Shown here: positions 49,726 to 58,942 of the stretch, one piece after another
Position numbering within the stretch: the stretch's first letter is position 1
Layout: every line of letters begins with the position of its first letter
NCBI GenBank assembly: GCA_964568395.1
Contig: CAZMPN010000001.1
Coordinates: 1,133 to 65,132, forward strand
Reading direction: 5' to 3'
Origin: an uncultured Helicobacter sp.
Lineage (GTDB): Bacteria; Campylobacterota; Campylobacteria; Campylobacterales; UBA6016
Length of the DNA stretch: 64,000 nucleotides
Notes under the pieces: generated by a model
Seen by the model: the letters and a program-made list of their open reading frames with translations, nothing else
Told to the model about the DNA's origin: nothing
The model's database searches: none
Program-made: the position numbers and the translations under genes

Positions 49726-51041
49726 TTCATCATCGCAAGAAACTCTTCGTTGCTCTTTGTGGCAAGCATCTTCGAGAATATAAATTTAAGCGCTTCCGCC
49801 TCATCTTTCATACCGCTATTCATCGCGGTTCTTAGTGCCCATACGCGTTGGAGCGTTTGAGGCGCAAGAAGAAGCTCTTCTTTTCTGGTGCCCGATTTGA
49901 TAAGGTCGATCGCAGGGTAGATTCTTCTATCCGCAAGGTTTCTAGAGAGGATAATCTCCATATTGCCGGTACCCTTGAACTCCTCAAAGATAACCTCGTC
50001 CATTCTGCTCCCGGTGTCTATGAGCGCCGTAGCTATGATGGTAAGGCTTCCTCCGCCCTCTATATTCCTGGCCGCACCGAAAAACCTTTTCGGCTTATGC
50101 AGGGCGTTTGCGTCGACGCCGCCAGATAGCACCTTGCCGCTTGACGGAGTGACGGTATTGTAGGCCCTTGCAAGCCTTGTTATGGAGTCAAGCAGTATCA
50201 CTACGTCCTTACCCATCTCTACGGCTCTTTTGGCCTTTTCTATCACAAGTTCGGCTACGCGCACGTGGTTTGCGGCTGGCATATCGAATGTCGAGCTATA
50301 CACTTCGCCCTTCACGCAGCGTTGCATATCCGTTACCTCTTCCGGTCTCTCGTCCACAAGCAGTACGATTAGTTCCACTTCGGGATGGTTTGTGCTGATA
50401 CCGTGCGCCATCTCTTTTAGAATTTCCGTTTTACCGCTACGAGGCGGAGCGACTATAAGACCTCTTTGGCCTTTGCCGATAGGCGTAAATAGGTCTATAG
50501 TCCTACCGGTCAGTTTCAGCGGGGAATATTCAAGTTTTAGTTGCGAGTTTGCGTATAACGGCGTTAGGTTATCAAATAGCGGTCTTTTTTTGCTCTCTTC
50601 CGGCGGCAGATAGTTAATTGCTTCGATTTTTAGAAGCGCGAAATATCTCTCTTGCTCTTTCGGAGGCCTCACCTGCCCTGTTACCGTATCCCCGTTTCTA
50701 AGGCCGAATCTTCTTATCTGGGTGTTGGATACGTATACGTCGTTGATACTATCCGAGATATTGGTATCCGTAGCTCGCAAGAAGCCGTATCCGTCTCCGG
50801 CGATCTCCAGCATGCCCGAGAAAAGCATGAAGCCGCCTCTGGATATCTGTGATTTGAGTATTTCAAACATCAAATCCTGTCTTTTCAGCTCGTTTGGATT
50901 TTCAACCTCAAGCTCGCCAGCGATAGCTACCAGCTCGTCAAGGGACATAGTCCTCAAATCCTCTATTTTGTATCCGTCAACCGGAATATGCGTTCTTTTT
51001 TTGGAGTTTTTTGCTTGTAAACTTTGAGACTCGGAAGACAT
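49716..51041 (-). CDS. rho: Transcription termination factor Rho
   Basis: 441 aa. Contains the Rho N-terminal and cold-shock-like RNA-binding domains and Walker A APPRSGKT. Confidence 0.97.
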   Translation of the reverse strand: MSSESQSLQAKNSKKRTHIPVDGYKIEDLRTMSLDELVAIAGELEVENPNELKRQDLMFEILKSQISRGGFMLFSGMLEIAGDGYGFLRATDTNISDSINDVYVSNTQIRRFGLRNGDTVTGQVRPPKEQERYFALLKIEAINYLPPEESKKRPLFDNLTPLYANSQLKLEYSPLKLTGRTIDLFTPIGKGQRGLIVAPPRSGKTEILKEMAHGISTNHPEVELIVLLVDERPEEVTDMQRCVKGEVYSSTFDMPAANHVRVAELVIEKAKRAVEMGKDVVILLDSITRLARAYNTVTPSSGKVLSGGVDANALHKPKRFFGAARNIEGGGSLTIIATALIDTGSRMDEVIFEEFKGTGNMEIILSRNLADRRIYPAIDLIKSGTRKEELLLAPQTLQRVWALRTAMNSGMKDEAEALKFIFSKMLATKSNEEFLAMMNSE

Positions 51042-51141
51042 TTGAAGCCCTTAATTTAGATTATTTCGAAATGAAGTTTTAGGCGGGAAAGCCGCCAAAT
51101 GGAAGTTGATAACCTTTTGTAGTTGAATGAGATTTTAGCAG

Positions 51142-51621
51142 TTAAAAACTTAAACCGGCAAATATCGCCGCCTTATACGTCGCCCAGCTAAGCACCCCCG
51201 CAAAAAAACCGGCCAATATATCGTCCCACATAACCCCGTTGCCGCCCGTTAGCTTTCTCTCCGCCAAACCTATAAACGAAGGTTTTTTGATATCGAGTAT
51301 TCTAAAAAACACGAAAACAAGCAGAGCCTGAACCCACATATTTGCCATAGAAGCTGTCATCGACAGGGCTATAAACGTACCGGCAACCTCGTCTACTACT
51401 ATTCTGGGGTCGTCGTGTTCACCGCCTTCGGCCTCATATTTGTTTATCTCTTTAATGGATATTGCGGTCAGCAAGAGGGCCGCCAAAAATAGCGTCGTTG
51501 AGCCTAGCGTCCACAAGATAAGAAACCCGACCGGCAGCGCCGCAAGCGTACCCATGGTTCCGGGGGCGTATTTTGAAAGGCCTGCGCCAAAAAATGATAA
51601 AAATATAAGTCTTTTATTCAA
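51142..51621 (-). CDS. pgpA: Phosphatidylglycerophosphatase A
   Basis: 159 aa integral membrane protein with a PgpA-like N-terminus (GAGLSKYAPGTMGTLAALP). Confidence 0.88.
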   Translation of the reverse strand: MNKRLIFLSFFGAGLSKYAPGTMGTLAALPVGFLILWTLGSTTLFLAALLLTAISIKEINKYEAEGGEHDDPRIVVDEVAGTFIALSMTASMANMWVQALLVFVFFRILDIKKPSFIGLAERKLTGGNGVMWDDILAGFFAGVLSWATYKAAIFAGLSF

Positions 51622-51631
51622 GAAAACTACC

Positions 51632-52822
51632 CTAGTTCATCGAAGTTGTTTGATACAAGGCCATCAGTTCGTTATAAAATTCCCTCTCGGAGTGCTCTTC
51701 TATAAGTCCGCTGTTTGTAGTCAGGTCATTATAAAGCTTGCCCAGGTTTTTAAACCTATTAGGGAATATTTTTGAGAGATAGATGGCCGATATATCTTTT
51801 CTCATCAAGATGGCAGGCGGCAAAAGCCCAGTTTTTAGCAGCTGCAGCAGCGACTCGGCGTTAAAGTTGATATGGTGGTGCATACCGTGCGGACAGGATT
51901 TCTGAGTCACGAGCGTCTTGCAGACATTGCAATAGACAAAGTAGTTCGATATATCTATCCTCATATCTATACCCACGAACGAATCGAATATGCTCTTAAT
52001 CTCATGGCTCTCATAGAACATGCCGAGTCCAGCGTGGTTTGCTCCGATAACGAAACTATCGCAGCCGAAGTTTTGGATAACTATCGCATCCAGCAAAAGC
52101 TCGTTGGTGCCGGCAAAAAGATAGGTATTTTCAAAAGGCACGACGACAACCCTGTCGGATGGCAGATAGTTGGCTATCAGATGCTCCAATGCCTCGCTTC
52201 TAATCGAATAAGGAAGCTCGTCCGACGAATACGGTTTTGACAGAAAGATGACCACTAGGTCGTTTTTTTCGAGCGTCAATCTAATCAATCTCTCGTGCGC
52301 CCTATTTAGGGGTCTAGCCGCCATAACCATTCCGGCCACATGCTTGGCGTCTATTCTTTTTTTAGCTTCCTCTATTTTGGCTTTCGCCCTTTTTACGTCG
52401 TCAAACTCGATTTTATAGTTTCCGCTAATAGCATATTTACCGAGCCTCGATAGCGTATTCGCGACGCCAGGATGAGACGTATCCCTCGTCCCGTAAATCT
52501 TCTCCACCCTGGCCATAGGATCTATCTCGAACACCTCGTCGACCTCTAGATAGCCAACTATCTGATGGTTTTCCACGAGGTTTATCGTTTCGCCCTTTTT
52601 TAGGCTCTCCAATACCTCTTTGTTTCTCTTGCCGCTAGGCGCCAAAAGGAACGAAAACGGAAAGCTTCTACCTTTATAAAGCGAGGTTTCGTCTACTTTT
52701 TTCGCCTCCGCGCTACCCATAAGGCCTTCAACGGGGCTAAGTACGCCTTCTTGCACCAGGGATAGGGAGGCTACCGCTTCCTTATCGATAAATAGAGATT
52801 TATTTCTTTTTGTAGATGCCAT
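51632..52822 (-). CDS. ATP-sulfurylase-like protein with degenerate signature motifs and a C-terminal Cys/His cluster
   Basis: Start placed at ATG 52822 (MASTKRNK); the ORF track starts at TTG 52864. Contains AARPLNRAHERLI and GANHAGLG in place of the Sat motifs. Position between the atypical regulator and pgpA as in C. jejuni. Confidence 0.6.
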   Translation of the reverse strand: MASTKRNKSLFIDKEAVASLSLVQEGVLSPVEGLMGSAEAKKVDETSLYKGRSFPFSFLLAPSGKRNKEVLESLKKGETINLVENHQIVGYLEVDEVFEIDPMARVEKIYGTRDTSHPGVANTLSRLGKYAISGNYKIEFDDVKRAKAKIEEAKKRIDAKHVAGMVMAARPLNRAHERLIRLTLEKNDLVVIFLSKPYSSDELPYSIRSEALEHLIANYLPSDRVVVVPFENTYLFAGTNELLLDAIVIQNFGCDSFVIGANHAGLGMFYESHEIKSIFDSFVGIDMRIDISNYFVYCNVCKTLVTQKSCPHGMHHHINFNAESLLQLLKTGLLPPAILMRKDISAIYLSKIFPNRFKNLGKLYNDLTTNSGLIEEHSEREFYNELMALYQTTSMN

Positions 52823-53687
52823 GTTTCTTTCTTTTTTCCCACAACGATTTTCTGGATATCCCAAGCTTTTTCGAAAGCTCTACGTCCGGATATTTGTCTT
52901 GAAAACCTATCAATATATTTTTTACGTAGTCCTCTATCGTAAATATCTCCCCGCTTCCAACAAACCCCTCGTCGCTTTCAAGCTCCACGACCTCTATCGA
53001 TTCGTCGTCTATAGGCTCTGTCGAAGAAAAAACGACGTTTTTCGAAGCTATGGCCTCCAAAAACAGTTTTTTGTCCGCTTTTTTCAGGGACTCGAAATTT
53101 ACGGCGTAGATGATGGATTTATTATCGTGCTCCGTAAAAAATTTTTCGTCAAAATCTCTTTGCAACGATACGAATTCAAGCCTCATTCCCTTTACCGCGG
53201 CCAACTTGAAGGCGTAAGCGTCCATCTTTTTTTGCGACGACGAACAAAGAGCCTTAGGTAGCTCCGTCTTCTTTGGAATGTCGGGAAGAGTGGACGACGA
53301 AAAAGAGCTGGAGAGATATTTTTTGAGGGAGTCGTTCTCTTTTAAAAGCCTCTCGTAGTCTAGATAGTGGTTTATTTTTTTGATTAGCTCCTCTATCATA
53401 AAAGGCTTTAGGATATAGTCTTTCGCTCCGGCCTTTAGCGGTATCGACACGGTATCGTTGTTGATATAGTTGACCATTAGGATAATGATAGATTTTTTGT
53501 ATCTATCGATTACAGGCATGAAATTTTGCGCCCCCATAGAGGTGGACAAAAGCACCACGTCAAAAAACTCATCTTTGATAGCGTCTTTCGCGCTTGCCGC
53601 TATTTCGCAGTTGTAGCCGTTTTCAAGCAGTTTGTTTGCTATACTTTGCGCCAAATATATTTCATTTTCAACAATTAGTATTTTCAA
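52800..53687 (-). CDS. Atypical orphan response-regulator-like protein (HP1021 / Cj1608 CemR family): receiver lacking the phospho-acceptor Asp plus a Fis-type HTH
   Basis: Receiver-like N-terminus (KILIVENE...FDVVLLSTSMG...DYILKPF) and C-terminal HTH (LSKKLGISRKSLWEKRKKHGI), directly downstream of ispDF. Start taken at TTG 53687 (TTGA overlap with the ispDF stop); the ORF track uses TTG 53699. Confidence 0.65.
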   Translation of the reverse strand: MKILIVENEIYLAQSIANKLLENGYNCEIAASAKDAIKDEFFDVVLLSTSMGAQNFMPVIDRYKKSIIILMVNYINNDTVSIPLKAGAKDYILKPFMIEELIKKINHYLDYERLLKENDSLKKYLSSSFSSSTLPDIPKKTELPKALCSSSQKKMDAYAFKLAAVKGMRLEFVSLQRDFDEKFFTEHDNKSIIYAVNFESLKKADKKLFLEAIASKNVVFSSTEPIDDESIEVVELESDEGFVGSGEIFTIEDYVKNILIGFQDKYPDVELSKKLGISRKSLWEKRKKHGIYKKK

Positions 53688-54805
53688 GCTTTTGTCCAAT
53701 CAAAAAATTTCAGGGTGGCCACGCTAAGTACCGCAACGCCCTCCCCTCTTCCTATAAAGCCCATTTTTTCGGAGGTTGTCGCTTTGACACATATCTTATA
53801 AGGCGAAAGTTGCATAATTCTTGCCAAACTTCTCTTAATTTCGTTTTTGTGTTCCGCCAGCCTCGGCTTTTCGGCTATCACCGTCAAATCGATATTCGAC
53901 ACCTCAAATCCGACGCCCCTGACAAGCGCCATGACTTCCGAAAGCAGCTCTTTGGAGTCCGCATTTTTATATTTTTGGTCGTTATCCGGGAAAAACTCGC
54001 CTATATCGCCTAGTCCGGCGGCTCCCAAAAGGGCGTCTATGACCGAGTGTATCAATACGTCCCCGTCCGAATGCGCCTTAAAGCCTCCGTTTTCGGATAG
54101 CTTCACGCCGCCTAGCATGCAAGCCCTACCCTCTTCAAACGCATGGGTATCGAACCCTATTCCGTTGAAGCTGTCGCTTGATGGAGCATTCAAGCACGCA
54201 AGAAGAGCCAAATCCTCTTTTCTTGTAAGCTTTGTCTGTTTTTTCGAGCCTTCCACGAAGCCGACATTAAATCCGGCTTTTTTCATAGCCCCGGAATCGT
54301 CGGTGAATAAATCACCTCCCGATAACGCTTGCGATAAAAGATTTTTTTTGGAGAGCTGAGGGGTCTGAACAAGCGCAACTTCGCTTCTGTCTATATACTC
54401 TGCGCCAAAAATGGTCGTATCCGCCACGCCTATGGCCGGAACTACGCAGTCGAACTCCCCTTTTTTGGCTATAACCCTTCTTACGCACTCCTCGTCGACA
54501 CAGCATCTGGCAACGTCCGCCGTAAGAACGTACTCTCCGGTCGCCGCATCGATCGCATTTTTAAGCGAGTCTTGCCTCTCCTTGCCGCCGCAGACAAATA
54601 GGTAGTCGGCAAAATTTCGCATATATCCTATCTCTTTGCCTTCGGCTACCACGATAATCTCTTTAAAGGCGTGCATCTTCTCGAACTGCTTGGCCACAAA
54701 AAGCCATAGCGGCTCATCGCCTATTCTTAGCCACTGCTTCTTGACGCCCATACCAAAACGGCTGGAACTTCCCGCCGCCAAAAGGATTAGAGATATTTCG
54801 GACAA
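53684..54805 (-). CDS. ispDF: Bifunctional 2-C-methyl-D-erythritol 4-phosphate cytidylyltransferase / MEcPP synthase
   Basis: 373 aa. IspD motif LLAAGSSSRFG, and IspF motifs GIGFDTHAF and HSDGDVLIH. Confidence 0.95.
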   Translation of the reverse strand: MSEISLILLAAGSSSRFGMGVKKQWLRIGDEPLWLFVAKQFEKMHAFKEIIVVAEGKEIGYMRNFADYLFVCGGKERQDSLKNAIDAATGEYVLTADVARCCVDEECVRRVIAKKGEFDCVVPAIGVADTTIFGAEYIDRSEVALVQTPQLSKKNLLSQALSGGDLFTDDSGAMKKAGFNVGFVEGSKKQTKLTRKEDLALLACLNAPSSDSFNGIGFDTHAFEEGRACMLGGVKLSENGGFKAHSDGDVLIHSVIDALLGAAGLGDIGEFFPDNDQKYKNADSKELLSEVMALVRGVGFEVSNIDLTVIAEKPRLAEHKNEIKRSLARIMQLSPYKICVKATTSEKMGFIGRGEGVAVLSVATLKFFDWTKA

Positions 54806-54896
54806 TTTCAGCCTTTTTTTTGTTTTTTGTGGTTATATTTTCCAAAAATTATACCGAAAAAAGACTGTATAAATTCGTAACACTTAAGGAGCCTTC

Positions 54897-56228
54897 ATGC
54901 TAAGAAGCGAATGGGTAAAACCAAGAGAAGCGGACAAGACCAGAACTCAAATGTACTACGCCAAAAAAGGCGTCATAACCGAAGAGATGCGATACGTCGC
55001 GAACGTAGAGGAGCTCGATGCGGAGTTTGTCAGAAGCGAGATAGCCAGAGGCCGTATGATAATCCCGGCAAACATAAACCATCTAAGCCTTCAGCCGATG
55101 GCGATAGGTATCGCCTCGAAATGCAAGATAAACGCGAATATCGGCGCTAGCTCGCTCTCAAGCTGCGCGGAAGAAGAGCTTGCGAAACTAAACGTCTGCC
55201 TAAAACACGGGGCCGATACGGTCATGGATCTATCCACCGGAGGCAATCTGGACGAAATCAGGGAGGTACTGATCCAGCACTCCACCGTGCCGATAGGGAC
55301 GGTGCCTATGTACCAAATCATATACGAATGCGGCAACGACATAGAAAACCTCAACATCGAGACGATGCTAAGCGTTTTAGAGAGACAAGCGAAACAAGGC
55401 GTTAGTTACTTTACGATACATGCTGGCTTTTTGCTACGGTTTATGCCGGAGGTCGCCAAGAGAAAGATGGGCATCGTCTCAAGGGGCGGCTCTCTGATAG
55501 CGGCATGGATGATAAAAAACCATAAAGAAAATCCGTTTTACGAAGCGTTTGACGCGATACTCGACATCTGCGCCAGATACGACGTATCGCTATCGCTAGG
55601 CGACAGCCTAAGACCAGGGTGCATAGCCGACGCTTCGGACGCCGCGCAGCTAAACGAGCTAAAAGTGCTCGGCGAGCTGACGCTCAGAGCTTGGGAGAAG
55701 GATGTTCAGGTGATGATAGAGGGGCCTGGGCATGTGCCTCTAAATCAAATAGAACGCAACATGAAAATAGAGAGAGAGTATTGTCACGATGCACCGTTTT
55801 ATATCCTTGGGCCGCTAGTTACAGACATCGCGGCCGGATATGACCATATAGCTTCGGCGATAGGCGCCGCGGTTGGCGGATGGCACGGCGCAAGCATGCT
55901 CTGCTACGTTACGCCAAAAGAGCACTTGGGACTACCGAACATGGCCGACGTAAGGGAAGGGATTATCGCATATAAGATAGCCGCCCATGCCGCCGACATC
56001 GCCAGAGGGCGTAAAAACGCCAGAGTGCGCGATAACGCGATGAGCGACGCCAGATATGCGTTTGACTGGAACAAGCAGTTTGAGCTGGCGCTCGACCCGG
56101 AAAGGGCGAAAGAGTACCACGACGAAACGCTTCCGGCGGAAGGGTTTAAGGATGCGGAGTTCTGCTCCATGTGCGGACCGAAGTTCTGCGCCTACAAAGT
56201 TACGCAAGAGGCGTTTAAGGAGCTTTGA
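54897..56228 (+). CDS. thiC: Phosphomethylpyrimidine synthase
   Basis: 443 aa. Radical-SAM-type C-terminal cluster [18 protein letters not shown] upstream. Confidence 0.95.
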   Translation: MLRSEWVKPREADKTRTQMYYAKKGVITEEMRYVANVEELDAEFVRSEIARGRMIIPANINHLSLQPMAIGIASKCKINANIGASSLSSCAEEELAKLNVCLKHGADTVMDLSTGGNLDEIREVLIQHSTVPIGTVPMYQIIYECGNDIENLNIETMLSVLERQAKQGVSYFTIHAGFLLRFMPEVAKRKMGIVSRGGSLIAAWMIKNHKENPFYEAFDAILDICARYDVSLSLGDSLRPGCIADASDAAQLNELKVLGELTLRAWEKDVQVMIEGPGHVPLNQIERNMKIEREYCHDAPFYILGPLVTDIAAGYDHIASAIGAAVGGWHGASMLCYVTPKEHLGLPNMADVREGIIAYKIAAHAADIARGRKNARVRDNAMSDARYAFDWNKQFELALDPERAKEYHDETLPAEGFKDAEFCSMCGPKFCAYKVTQEAFKEL

Positions 56229-58188
56229 TGCCGCCAAGAAGGCCTGAAATACGGCCTTTTGCGCTCTCTTTTCTAAAATCGGCAACCAACGAGTCGAACC
56301 CTTTCATAAAAATATCGACCACTTTCAAATAAAACTCGCCGAAATTTTCCGTCTTGGTATGCAAAATGGCGACGTACATCGAAAACAGCATATGCCTGAG
56401 CGAGCCGCCAAATAAAAAGAACAACACGTCGCTTTGAGACTCTTTTTTTCTCGCAAACTCGTCAAACAGCCTCAAAACAGCAAAAAATCCACGTTTATCG
56501 GTAATACGCAAAAGCAAAACCGAAAGCAGTTCTTTTTTGAATCCGTCTATCTCTTTTTCGATATTAGCAGTCCCGTTTTTTTGGAACACCTCATTGGGAG
56601 CATCCGAAAACATCGATTTTATCTCAAATAGAACGCTCTCTTTGTCCAAAGCCGAAAGCATAGGCTCCCTGCAAGGCTTGGCGCCGGTGACCATCGCGCC
56701 GTCGGATACGTTGAATACGTTACACCCTTTGTTGTCGTATATCGCAAATTCCAGCACGTTTCTGGAGAGGTTGTAAAGTTGGTTTGAATATATCTCGCTC
56801 CCCTCGAAATTCGCCGCCACCCTCACCGAGCCCTCCGGCAACTCGTTTGTTTCATTATAGATAGAATCCTTGGAGTGGACGGTACGGCCTTTTTTGTATC
56901 CCACGTCTATGCCGCACAGATATACGTTTTTCGACATCGACAAGGCAAGGGAGAAAGCCGCGTTGCCGACGAACGGTGAGGAGTTTTTGATCAGGAATTT
57001 TGGGCTATCTACATAGCTGGATGAGGAGTAGTCCCTAAAAAAAAGATACCTCGCCCCTCTCGTGGCGGCCAAGGTATCTGGATCTACGACGTTGGCGGCT
57101 ATCATATCTATATCGTCTACGCCGACCTCCCTTAGTATGCCGCCAAGATAATCGGTTCTCTCTATCTCTATCTGAAAATCGGGCCTTATGCCGTGCTTCA
57201 AAAGCGTCTTTAGCGCGGTTCCCGCAGAGAAAATGACCATTCTGTCCCGGTTTTTTGCCAGAAACCCTACCGAATCGTCGAGACTCGCTCCGTTTCCGAC
57301 GACGAATATAGGAAAATCGAATCTCTTTTTTGCGCCGGTATAAACCGGATATTTTAGATTTGAATACGGACAATTCTTTTGGGAATTGCGCCACCCTATC
57401 ATCTCGTCCTCATAGCTTCCAATACCGCGAAGCAGGCTAGCCGCCTCTATCCGAACCGAGTTTTTGACGTTTTCGATTTGTGGGGCGTTAAACATGGTAA
57501 GCTCCAGCCTTGGATAGAGAGCCGCGTATCTATGTCTTAGGAAAAAAGCCCTAATCTCGGAGTGAGCGGGTATCTCCTCTACCCCCAAAAACAACTCTTT
57601 GCACTTAGAAAAAAGGGTTTCGTAATCCACAAAATGCGCCGATATCCCGAAAAAATCGACAAACGGTTCATATATAAAGAGTGCCTCAAAGCCTTCGTAC
57701 TCTTCGTTCATCGCCTCCAAGACAAACCCTCCGCCTATTCCGTATACAGACGCAAACGGAAGATACGCTCCGGGTAAGTCGATATTGTCCGGATTCATAC
57801 CGCTTATATGCGCATAGCCGAGCATCTCCTTACACGCGGCGCCCGTAAGCGCAAGATTGGATGAGGCCATATAAAAAGGGTTTTGCTCAAAGCCTATCTT
57901 CCATTTTGTGCGGGAGAGGGGATTTTTGGCTGTCTCTATCGAAGATCCGACGGCGACGTATCTGCCGTCCGCACCTATCGGATATACGAGGGTATTTGAG
58001 GCTAGATTTAGGATATTGACGCCGCGTTCGTCAACCACAAGACCGAACTGTGACGGTTTTTGGGAGAGCTTTTCGTATAGCTTCTGTTCTTTTTTTTTGA
58101 AAAACTCCAGATTTTTGAGAAACCTTTGCCGCAAAAGCGATTTTGCCCCGTCAACGCCAACGCTCTCTATCCGTTCCAAAAATTTCAC
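56215..58188 (-). CDS. Motility accessory factor (Maf) family protein, DUF115-type putative nonulosonic-acid glycosyltransferase
   Basis: 657 aa, GTG start with an AGGAAAA RBS. Central Rossmann-like region [53 protein letters not shown] is typical of Campylobacter Maf proteins. Confidence 0.8.
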   Translation of the reverse strand: MKFLERIESVGVDGAKSLLRQRFLKNLEFFKKKEQKLYEKLSQKPSQFGLVVDERGVNILNLASNTLVYPIGADGRYVAVGSSIETAKNPLSRTKWKIGFEQNPFYMASSNLALTGAACKEMLGYAHISGMNPDNIDLPGAYLPFASVYGIGGGFVLEAMNEEYEGFEALFIYEPFVDFFGISAHFVDYETLFSKCKELFLGVEEIPAHSEIRAFFLRHRYAALYPRLELTMFNAPQIENVKNSVRIEAASLLRGIGSYEDEMIGWRNSQKNCPYSNLKYPVYTGAKKRFDFPIFVVGNGASLDDSVGFLAKNRDRMVIFSAGTALKTLLKHGIRPDFQIEIERTDYLGGILREVGVDDIDMIAANVVDPDTLAATRGARYLFFRDYSSSSYVDSPKFLIKNSSPFVGNAAFSLALSMSKNVYLCGIDVGYKKGRTVHSKDSIYNETNELPEGSVRVAANFEGSEIYSNQLYNLSRNVLEFAIYDNKGCNVFNVSDGAMVTGAKPCREPMLSALDKESVLFEIKSMFSDAPNEVFQKNGTANIEKEIDGFKKELLSVLLLRITDKRGFFAVLRLFDEFARKKESQSDVLFFLFGGSLRHMLFSMYVAILHTKTENFGEFYLKVVDIFMKGFDSLVADFRKESAKGRISGLLGGIKAP

Positions 58189-58323
58189 TATTTTTCCTAA
58201 TTACTAAGCGGTTTTTAATAATGTTAGCAATATAACAATAAAAAGTGATTCTGGCCACAAAAAAATCACATAGCGTGGCTTATAATACCTTTTGAAAAAT
58301 TTATAATATGAGGTAACAGACGA

Positions 58324-58881
58324 ATGAGGCGTTCAGGTTTTACGTTAATAGAACTCGTTTTCGTAATCGTAATTTTGGGTATCTTGGCGGCGGTTGCGGT
58401 GCCTAGGCTAGCAGGGGTACAAGATGATGCGGTAGTAGCGGCGGAAGAGGCCGGTGTCGGCTCTATCAGGGCTGGCATCGCCGGCGTAAAAGCCAAGATA
58501 GCCCTTGCAAGCGGTGCGACAGTAAATATTCCGGTTGTTAAAAACGACGGCACGTCCGCGACATGCGTAATCACAAAAGCAGCTACCGATGCGACAGGCG
58601 TTACAAGCGGAAATCCGAACGGCATAAGCCTAACAAGCGCCTATACTGCGCCGTCATATACGGCGGTAAACCAGCCATACACGCTAGGGTTGGTGCTTGA
58701 CGACCCGACAAACAGAGCAAAATGGAAGACGGACGTTACAAACACCACCGATACAAAGTTTGTAGGGCCTGCTTCATCCGATTTGGCGGCTACATCTGAC
58801 GCAAAATACAACAAAGCCGGAAGCTGGCTATACTCGCCTGCCACAGGGTCGGTTCTATACAAAAACACTACGGCATACTAA
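58324..58881 (+). CDS. Type IV pilin-like / pseudopilin protein with prepilin-peptidase leader (CtsG-like)
   Basis: 185 aa. Leader MRRSG|FTLIELVFVIVILGILAAVAVP has Gly-1, Phe+1 and Glu+5. The C-terminal part is Ser/Thr/Ala-rich with a single Cys. Confidence 0.85.
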   Translation: MRRSGFTLIELVFVIVILGILAAVAVPRLAGVQDDAVVAAEEAGVGSIRAGIAGVKAKIALASGATVNIPVVKNDGTSATCVITKAATDATGVTSGNPNGISLTSAYTAPSYTAVNQPYTLGLVLDDPTNRAKWKTDVTNTTDTKFVGPASSDLAATSDAKYNKAGSWLYSPATGSVLYKNTTAY

Positions 58882-58887
58882 AAATAC

Positions 58888-58905
58888 GGTCGGCTTTTGC
58901 CGACC
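58888..58905 (+). terminator. Hairpin after the pilin-like gene (GGTCGGC-tttt-GCCGACC)
   Basis: Perfect 7-bp inverted repeat 7 nt after the TAA. Followed by a pyrimidine-rich tract rather than a clean U-run. Confidence 0.5.
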
Positions 58906-58942
58906 TCTCCTCTCTTCATAAAACTTTCCGTACAATAATCCA

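Noticed and set aside
52823-52864. N-terminal extension of the Sat-like ORF (MGYPENRCGKKERN) from TTG 52864
   Set aside because: It would overlap the regulator gene by 65 nt and starts at TTG. The in-frame ATG at 52822 gives a conventional N-terminus, so the extension is probably not translated.
54806-54896. TPP (THI-box) riboswitch upstream of thiC
   Set aside because: Only ~90 nt of AT-rich leader precede thiC. I could not find the conserved CUGAGA / ACCUGAUCUGGAUAAUGCCAGCG core elements. A covariance-model scan (Rfam RF00059) would be the decisive check.
58189-58323. Sigma-54 (TGGCAC-N5-TTGC) promoter in front of the pilin-like gene
   Set aside because: No GG-N10-GC element with proper spacing is present. 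Two TATAAT hexamers (58281-58286, 58302-58307) suggest ordinary sigma-70-type promoters. A 6-bp inverted repeat (GTGATT...AATCAC, 58245-58269) is too weak to call.
56215-58881. Phase-variable homopolymeric G/C tracts in maf or the pilin gene, as in C. jejuni maf genes
   Set aside because: The longest G or C runs I can see in this region are 5 nt (for example ACCCCCA at ~57581). Nothing approaches the 8 nt or more typical of contingency loci. G6 runs elsewhere (ruvB ~12774 and ~13095, rnj ~45132) are also too short.
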